Assembly (NCBI GenBank): GCA_947258795.1
Contig: CAMYJU010000008.1
Span: forward strand, 133,122 to 197,121
Source of the DNA: an uncultured Gammaproteobacteria bacterium
Lineage (GTDB): Bacteria > Pseudomonadota > Gammaproteobacteria > DRJJ01
Direction: 5' to 3'
DNA length: 64,000 nucleotides
Position 1 is the first letter of the stretch, and each line of letters opens with the position of its first letter. Shown here piece after piece: positions 20,626-26,435 of this stretch. The notes under the pieces are model-generated. The model ran no database searches and was not told the DNA's origin. It saw only the letters and a list, made by a program, of their open reading frames with translations. A program made the position numbers and the translations under genes.

Positions 20626-20709
20626 AAAGTCTGGCAAAGACACGTTGTCAATACTTCCCTGAAAACTCGACGGCCGCGTCCATGCGGCCGACGGTCTTTG
20701 CCAGACTTT
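20626..20709. repeat. long-range perfect 16-bp inverted repeat enclosing a GC-rich inner hairpin
   Basis: aaagtctggcaaagac (20626-20641) is the exact reverse complement of gtctttgccagacttt (20694-20709). The inner hairpin is cggccgc(gtccat)gcggccg at 20671-20690. The element is intergenic, between the hypothetical gene and moeB. Confidence 0.7.
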
Positions 20710-20787
20710 CTGATAGGCTCATAAGCTACAGCCTATATGTCAGCACACCATATTCCTGCAAGGCTGGCTCACGTATAATCTCTAGCC

Positions 20788-21531
20788 ATGGACGACGACC
20801 AGCTATTACGCTACAGCCGCCAGATCATGCTGCCCGGCTTCGGTATCGAGGCCCAGCAGAGACTGCTGGATGCGCGGGTCCTGGTCATCGGCGTCGGCGG
20901 CCTGGGTTCACCGGTGGCGATGTACCTGGCCGCGGCCGGCGTCGGTCAGCTGGTCCTGTGTGATGACGATGTCGTCGACCTGTCCAACCTGCAACGCCAG
21001 ATTGTGCACGACACCGGAAACCTCGGCCAGACCAAGGTCGAGTCGGCCCGGCAAAGCATAGAAAAACTCAACCCGGACGTCTGTGTCACCACCATCGATC
21101 ACCGTCTCGACGCCGGCGAACTGGAGGCTCAGGCCAGAGATGCAGACGTGCTGGTCGATGCCAGCGATAATTTTCAAACCCGGCACTTACTGAACCGGAT
21201 CAGCGTCGCGACCCGCACGCCACTGGTATCGGGTGCGGCGATACAACTGGATGGACAGGTCACCGTATTCCGACCCGATCTGGAGCACCAGCCCTGTTAT
21301 CGCTGCCTGTATCGCGAGGGTGACGAACCCGAACAAACCTGCAGCGATACTGGCATCCTCGCACCATTGGTCGGTATTATCGGCAGCATACAGGCGCTGG
21401 AAGTGATCAAGGTTTTAACCGTCCTGGGCAAGGATCTGGGCGGACGCCTGCTGATACTCGATGGCCGTACAATGGAATGGCGTAGCCTGAAACTGAAACA
21501 GGACCCGAACTGCCCGGTATGCGCAAGTTAA
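20788..21531 (+). CDS. moeB: MoeB/ThiF-family adenylyltransferase (molybdopterin-synthase adenylyltransferase-like E1)
   Basis: 247 aa with RYSRQIMLPGFG, the Rossmann motif VIGVGGLGSPVAMYLAAAGVG, and two CxxC pairs (CYRC, CPVC). It occupies the position after prmC, as moeB does in Pseudomonas. Confidence 0.88.
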   Translation: MDDDQLLRYSRQIMLPGFGIEAQQRLLDARVLVIGVGGLGSPVAMYLAAAGVGQLVLCDDDVVDLSNLQRQIVHDTGNLGQTKVESARQSIEKLNPDVCVTTIDHRLDAGELEAQARDADVLVDASDNFQTRHLLNRISVATRTPLVSGAAIQLDGQVTVFRPDLEHQPCYRCLYREGDEPEQTCSDTGILAPLVGIIGSIQALEVIKVLTVLGKDLGGRLLILDGRTMEWRSLKLKQDPNCPVCAS

Positions 21532-21577
21532 GGAATAAAACTGGCAATCATAATTTTTAACAAAACTTTCAACATGG

Positions 21578-21677
21578 AGTAATCCCTTCTCCCTCAGGGA
21601 GAAGGTCAGGATGAGGGGATAAAGAATATTAATTTATTGTAATCCCTCACCCCGACCCTCTCTCTATGGGAGAGGGG
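21578..21677. repeat. REP-like palindromic repeat units (copy 2 plus a related second unit)
   Basis: agtaatcccttctccctcagggagaagg (21578-21605) is followed by tcaggatgagggg. A second gtaatccctcaccccgaccctctctctatgggagagggg unit follows, with a ccctctc/gagaggg stem. Confidence 0.65.
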
Positions 21678-21682
21678 CTAAT

Positions 21683-22123
21683 ATGAAAAAGATGATGACA
21701 GACACACACAAAGGCCGTATTGAACTACCGCGCACGATCGTCAATCAGATCCTGAGCCATGCCCAGCACTACCCCGAGCAGGAGATCTGCGGTCTGATCG
21801 CCGCCCGCGATGGCATACCGGAACAGATCTATCGTATTCACAACAGTGCAGCCCAGCCGCAAAAACTGTTCGAGATGGACCCTGAACAACAGATCGATGC
21901 GATGCGCAGTATGCGTGAAAGTGGCGAACAACTGTTTGCGATTTATCATTCACATCCACACAGTCCGGCACTGCCTTCTGTGACCGACCTGCACGAAGCC
22001 GCCTACCCGGACACCCTGTATCTGATCGTATCGCTGGATACCAAGGGTGTGTTGCAATTAAAGGGTTTTTATCTGGATGCGAACAAGGAAAGCATCCAGA
22101 ACGTGGACCTGTCTGTCGTGTAA
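21683..22123 (+). CDS. JAMM/MPN+ (Mov34) family metalloprotease
   Basis: 146 aa with the catalytic Glu in EICGLI and a complete HxHx7Sx2D motif (HSHPHSPALPSVTD). It lies immediately downstream of the MoeB-like E1. Confidence 0.85.
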   Translation: MKKMMTDTHKGRIELPRTIVNQILSHAQHYPEQEICGLIAARDGIPEQIYRIHNSAAQPQKLFEMDPEQQIDAMRSMRESGEQLFAIYHSHPHSPALPSVTDLHEAAYPDTLYLIVSLDTKGVLQLKGFYLDANKESIQNVDLSVV

Positions 22124-22255
22124 GCAATCGGTAAACTTACGCATTGCAGTACACACGTTCTTGTTATGTTTGACACATGCGCATGTTAATTCTACGACTT
22201 GATGGTTAGGAGTGTGTTGGCGACCCTGATCCCAGCTTAGGCCGGTAATCAATCG

Positions 22256-22276
22256 CCAGGGGGATGCACCCCCTGG
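22256..22276. terminator. GC-rich hairpin between the convergent JAMM and TIR genes (possible terminator)
   Basis: The 8-bp stem ccaggggg/ccccctgg has a 5-nt loop atgca. It lies 37 nt past the TIR gene stop. No clear U-tract on either strand. Confidence 0.3.
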
Positions 22277-22312
22277 ACCCCCGCAAAGGGCAAAAGAACA
22301 AAGTATAAAGGG

Positions 22313-24406
22313 TCACTGCTCGAGGTCCTGGGCGAGACGAAAACCAACATTGTAGCTTCGGGAGCCGGTGAAGTTCCTGAAGCGGAAGGAGGAACGCAGG
22401 TACCTCGGTTCGCTGTACCAGGAACCGCCGCGAAGCACGCGTAGGCCACAGTCGCCGCCTGCGCCCTTTTCCCAGGCCCTGCCGTCATCAGGCGCGTTTT
22501 CATACTTTTTATGCCAACAGTCCTGCGTCCATTCCCACACGTTACCCGCTGTGTCGAACAGCCCGAACGGATTGGCCGTAAATGAACCCACCGGGGACGT
22601 CTGTTTCCCGCCCCAACGCCCATCGCAACCCTTGCAGTTCGCCATACCCTCCTTCATCTCATCTCCCCACCAATACGCACTCGGCTCATTCGCGCGTACG
22701 GCATACTCCCACTCCGCTTCGCTGGGCAGCCGATAGCGCTTGCCGGTTTGTGCGCTCAACCATTCGGCATAGGCCACCGCGTCATCCCAGTTCACACACA
22801 CCACTGGTTGGCGTGCAGATTGTGGAAAACCCGGATTGCGCCAGCTCCTGGCTGTGTCTATCTTCCATACACTACCTGTCCAAATGTAGCAGCCTGTACC
22901 GCTCTCCGCTTGTATCTTGTAGTTGGTCTGCTTGACAAATTTCTCGAACTCGCCAACTGTCAGTTCGGTCACCATCAGCGCAAACGGCCTGGCGATCTTA
23001 ACGTGATGGACAGGTTTTTCGTCTTTGTTGCCTACTCCCTGGATATCGCCCATGCGAAACGTACCGGCCGGAATCACCACCATCTCGGGGCCCTCGCTAC
23101 CGTCCTTAAGCCGGTCGCGGAATGCTTTTCCTGCTGTTAGCTGGCGATCGGGCGCCGGGGGGCTTGCTGCTTCCAGGTCCGCCACAAAGTGGCGCAGCGC
23201 CGGGTGACCAGGGTCCACCGATCGGGCCTTGGCCAGATAGTCCTCCGCCTTGACGAAGCGGCGTTGGGCCTGGGCCTGCTCCGCCCACGCAATATACTGC
23301 TCGGTCACGCGCTTGAGGCCTGCGCGTGCGTCCGGGTTGCCGGGATCAAGTGCGAGCGCATCGCGGTAGTAGCCCACGGCGTTGTCATGTTCGGGGGTGG
23401 TTAAGCGACGTGCCTGCTCGGCCGCCGCGCCTTGTGTCAGCAAATCAGCCAACTTTTGCTCGCGCTCGCGGTGTACTTCTGCTGTCTTTGACGCAGTTGC
23501 TTGCTCAGCCTTGCGTATCGCTTCTTCCTCAGCTCGACGTTTTGCCTCCTGCTGCGCCTCGGATGGGCTTACTAAGGGCGGTGTAACTGGATCTGGAACA
23601 GGTTCATGCTGGCTCAGGCTTATTATCACAGTGACGACTATGATGGCGAGGGCAATACCTGCCGGTACAATGAGCTTATTCGTCATTGGCCGCGAACCAT
23701 TGGGTGTGTCGTGAGTGATGGGTGGCGGCTCTGTTGGCTTTGATGCAGCTACTTGCGCAGCCTTGCGCCTGGCGGCCTGTTCATCCTGTTTGCGCTGGGT
23801 TTCTTGTTTTGCCTTGCGCTGCGATGCTTGCTGTTGTTCAGCCTCTTTCACGGCCCGTTCGCGCTCTTGCGCCGCCGCTTCCTCGGCTTTGCGTTTCGCT
23901 TCTTCCTCGACGCGCTGCTGTTGCTCGGCCTGCGCCTTGCGCCGCGATTCTTGCTCGGCCTTGTGCGACGCCTCCCGTTCAACCTGCCGTTGCTGCTCTT
24001 CTGCTTTGGCTGGCGCGATACCGAGGATGTTGGAAAGATCGGCGAGCAGCCTGTCGAATTCCGTCGACGGTGCGTTACCATCCCAGTCGGCGAGTTTTGC
24101 GGACTGGATGCTGCGAAAACCCATCGGCGGTAATATGTGATCGATCAGCACCGGCGCAAGCACACCGCGCCGTTTGCCCTCGTCGGCCTCTTCGTGCACC
24201 CAGTCGGAGTCGACAGAATGCTGCGACCAGACCACGATCATGCAGCGGCAGTTGTCGATCTCTGTGCCGATCGCCTGTCGCCAGGTTGCGCCGACCGGAA
24301 TGGTCCGATCCCAAAACACCGACCAGCCGGTCTGTTCGAGCGCGCGCAGCAGGGGCCTGATCCTGTCCAGGTCCTCATTGGCATAGCTGACGAAGATGTC
24401 GCTCAT
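22313..24406 (-). CDS. membrane-spanning TIR domain protein: TIR / charged coiled coil / TM / TPR-like / FGE (SUMF1)-like C-terminal domain
   Basis: 697 aa, with the following regions.
- aa 1-130 is TIR-like (DIFVSYANED..., MIVVWSQHSVDSDWVHEE with an SxW[CV]xxE glutamate at E73).
- aa 131-225 is an E/Q/K/R/A-rich coiled coil.
- aa 245-264 is the TM helix LIVPAGIALAIIVVTVIISL.
- aa ~285-415 is a second coiled coil plus a TPR-like region.
- aa ~438-695 is an FGE-sulfatase fold (MVVIPAGTFRMGD, YRLPSEAEWEYA, GNVWEWTQD, RGGSW), but with no CxxxxC catalytic pair. Confidence 0.85.
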   Translation of the reverse strand: MSDIFVSYANEDLDRIRPLLRALEQTGWSVFWDRTIPVGATWRQAIGTEIDNCRCMIVVWSQHSVDSDWVHEEADEGKRRGVLAPVLIDHILPPMGFRSIQSAKLADWDGNAPSTEFDRLLADLSNILGIAPAKAEEQQRQVEREASHKAEQESRRKAQAEQQQRVEEEAKRKAEEAAAQERERAVKEAEQQQASQRKAKQETQRKQDEQAARRKAAQVAASKPTEPPPITHDTPNGSRPMTNKLIVPAGIALAIIVVTVIISLSQHEPVPDPVTPPLVSPSEAQQEAKRRAEEEAIRKAEQATASKTAEVHREREQKLADLLTQGAAAEQARRLTTPEHDNAVGYYRDALALDPGNPDARAGLKRVTEQYIAWAEQAQAQRRFVKAEDYLAKARSVDPGHPALRHFVADLEAASPPAPDRQLTAGKAFRDRLKDGSEGPEMVVIPAGTFRMGDIQGVGNKDEKPVHHVKIARPFALMVTELTVGEFEKFVKQTNYKIQAESGTGCYIWTGSVWKIDTARSWRNPGFPQSARQPVVCVNWDDAVAYAEWLSAQTGKRYRLPSEAEWEYAVRANEPSAYWWGDEMKEGMANCKGCDGRWGGKQTSPVGSFTANPFGLFDTAGNVWEWTQDCWHKKYENAPDDGRAWEKGAGGDCGLRVLRGGSWYSEPRYLRSSFRFRNFTGSRSYNVGFRLAQDLEQ

Positions 24407-24458
24407 TGTTTTTTCACGTCCCGCTTGTGGCGCTTGCCCGTGTCAGGCATGCGAATTT

Positions 24459-25226
24459 TCAGTGTTCTTTGCTTTCGCCTTTATGTGAATCCGATATGGA
24501 TTCTTCAAGTGCGCTTAAGGCTGACGACATTTCCGATGCATCACTGGTCCATTGTCGATGTTCCAGGGAAAGCTGGTCATTAACCGCATCGACATATTCA
24601 ATGATTATCGCGGGATTTTTTCCTTCATTCACCACAACGATAACATCATCATGCCTTTCAGCTATGTTGCTCAGGATATCTGCGGTACGACTGTATCGTT
24701 CTGCATTTCTTTCATCCTGATTAAGATCCTCTCTTCTGCTGGCGATGGCACTGAAATAACCCAAACGCTCAGTTTCAGCCTTGGCCCTGGCTTCCATCCA
24801 ACGTTCTAGTAATTTTTCAGTTTTAATCAAATGCAGCCTGTATACCGCAAAACCACCGCCAACGGTTGCAATAAAACCCAGCGCAAATAATAAATATGAT
24901 GTTACCAAGTCATTTGGATCGAGTTTTTTAGCTGCCGCCAAAGCCGCCAGCAGACTACCGGCTATTGCCGCACAACCAATTGCCCATGTTGCCTGATGAG
25001 CGAATCCCTTGAACTTAGCTTGAGTAGCGATTGCTACAGCATCGTGCTGCTCATACCGACCGGCTTTTTCCTGAAAAGAGGAATACTGCAGGATTGCACT
25101 TAATTCAGATGCGTATTTTTTCAGCTTGTCAGGGAAATCTGTAGGTGTGATCTTATAGTCATCTGGCGCGCCCCGCCCTAGCGCCAAGCTTGCCTTTTCT
25201 ATTAGGTCTTGCATAAACCGATGCAC
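24459..25226 (-). CDS. two-TM membrane protein, SLATT/DUF4231-like candidate effector
   Basis: 255 aa. It has an N-terminal helical region and two closely spaced TM helices (aa ~79-99 ATWAIGCAAIAGSLLAALAAA; aa ~110-130 SYLLFALGFIATVGGGFAVY). An amphipathic helix follows (LERWMEARAKAETERLGYF), then a ~90-aa soluble tail. It lies 52 nt upstream of, and co-oriented with, the TIR gene. It is much more AT-rich than its neighbours. Confidence 0.6.
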   Translation of the reverse strand: MHRFMQDLIEKASLALGRGAPDDYKITPTDFPDKLKKYASELSAILQYSSFQEKAGRYEQHDAVAIATQAKFKGFAHQATWAIGCAAIAGSLLAALAAAKKLDPNDLVTSYLLFALGFIATVGGGFAVYRLHLIKTEKLLERWMEARAKAETERLGYFSAIASRREDLNQDERNAERYSRTADILSNIAERHDDVIVVVNEGKNPAIIIEYVDAVNDQLSLEHRQWTSDASEMSSALSALEESISDSHKGESKEH

Positions 25227-25430
25227 CTTGTTTTATTGATACTTAATGAAGCACTTATCAGGTAACTGAAACCGGTTGCCAGCAAGGGCAAATCACCTCG
25301 CCATTATCCACTCTGGACCTTATAGAGCAGTTTGGTTGCAATAAGATTAGATATCAAGGCACATTGGATAATGGGCACTACTTAAACATCTGACCATCGT
25401 CCGGGTAATAAACCCGCTATTCCAGTTACA

Positions 25431-26315
25431 TCAGTGCGTGGTACCCGAACCATCATGCGTAGACCCGTCAATAAATAATTGCGTCATATCAACCCGGTCA
25501 AATTCATAGTGCTGTTTACAGAAACCGCAATCGACAGCCACGACGCCCTGCTCTTCAATCAACTGCATCATGTCATCCTGCCCGAGGCTGCGTAATGATG
25601 TGGCCACCCGCGTTCGCGAGCACTTGCAGCGAAAGCTGACCGGCTCGGGTTCAAATAAACGCACACGTTCCTGATGATATAGCCGATACAGAACATCAGT
25701 CATCGGAAACTCAAGCAGTTCCTGTGCTGTGACAGTTTCTGCCAGGTGCACCAGATGCTCCCAGGAATACTCATCAGATTCCGTTTCGGTTTCGCTTGCC
25801 GGCATTTCCTGCAATAGCAGACCAGTACTGTAATGATGATCCGTAGCCAGCCAAAGACGGGTCTTCAGCTGTTCTGATTGTTCGAAGTAACTGTCCAGCG
25901 CCTTAGCCAGACCGCCCTGGCCCACTGAAATAATACTCTGGAAGCGTTCACCGGTGCTGTTCGATTCCACCGTAATCACCAGCCTTGCATCGCTACACAT
26001 TTCATGCAAACTGGCATCGGACACTTCGCCATTCCACTCGGCCATGCCGCGTAAACTGCGATCAGCACTGACTTGTGCAACCAGCAAGGTCAACGGCCCG
26101 CTGCCCTGTATCTGCAGGATCAGCGTGCCATCGTATTTGATCGTGGCACTTAACAAGGCCGTAGCCGCCAGCGCCTCACCCAGCACCCGCGCCACCGCTT
26201 CAGGGTAATCATGCCGCGCCAGCGCCGCTTGCCAACTCGCATCCAGGCGCACCCATTCACCCCTGACGCGGGTACCGTCGAACAGAAAGCGTGTTAGCTG
26301 GTCTGAATCTTTCAT
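25431..26315 (-). CDS. hslO: redox-regulated chaperone Hsp33
   Basis: 294 aa with the C-terminal zinc centre CKCSRTRV...CGFCKQHY and an Hsp33 N-domain (RGEWVRL). Confidence 0.92.
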   Translation of the reverse strand: MKDSDQLTRFLFDGTRVRGEWVRLDASWQAALARHDYPEAVARVLGEALAATALLSATIKYDGTLILQIQGSGPLTLLVAQVSADRSLRGMAEWNGEVSDASLHEMCSDARLVITVESNSTGERFQSIISVGQGGLAKALDSYFEQSEQLKTRLWLATDHHYSTGLLLQEMPASETETESDEYSWEHLVHLAETVTAQELLEFPMTDVLYRLYHQERVRLFEPEPVSFRCKCSRTRVATSLRSLGQDDMMQLIEEQGVVAVDCGFCKQHYEFDRVDMTQLFIDGSTHDGSGTTH

Positions 26316-26345
26316 GTATTAGCCAATAATGATGGCAGAACCGCG

Positions 26346-26385
26346 AAAAAGAAAAGAGGGCGGGAAACCTGTGTTATCCGCCCTC
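26346..26385 (-). terminator. rho-independent terminator downstream of the CsgG-like gene
   Basis: On the minus strand, the stem gagggcgg/ccgccctc (26356-26363 / 26378-26385) is followed by ttttcttttt (complement of 26346-26355). Confidence 0.7.
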
Positions 26386-26435
26386 GATTTACCTGGTCCG
26401 TCATTTGACCCGTTTTACCCTACCTCGCTGGGCAC

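Noticed and set aside
22249-22623. 124-aa minus-strand ORF overlapping the 3' end of the TIR/FGE gene and the downstream hairpin
   Set aside because: It is out of frame with the well-supported FGE-like domain. It has an Arg/Gly/Pro-rich composition and no start context.
23715-24360. Cluster of 126-212-aa plus-strand ORFs rich in Cys/Ala/Ser/Leu/Arg
   Set aside because: They lie antisense to the coiled-coil region of the TIR gene. Low-complexity GAA/GCA/CAG-type codons on the coding strand keep the opposite frames open. The minus-strand product has coherent TIR and coiled-coil features.
22124-25430. Possible direct repeats or att-like duplications flanking the TIR/2TM insertion (gcaaagggcaaaag at ~22283 vs gcaagggcaaatc at ~25283)
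   Set aside because: The match is only ~11-12 nt with an indel, which is well within chance. No integrase, transposase or tRNA is adjacent, so I make no mobile-element call.
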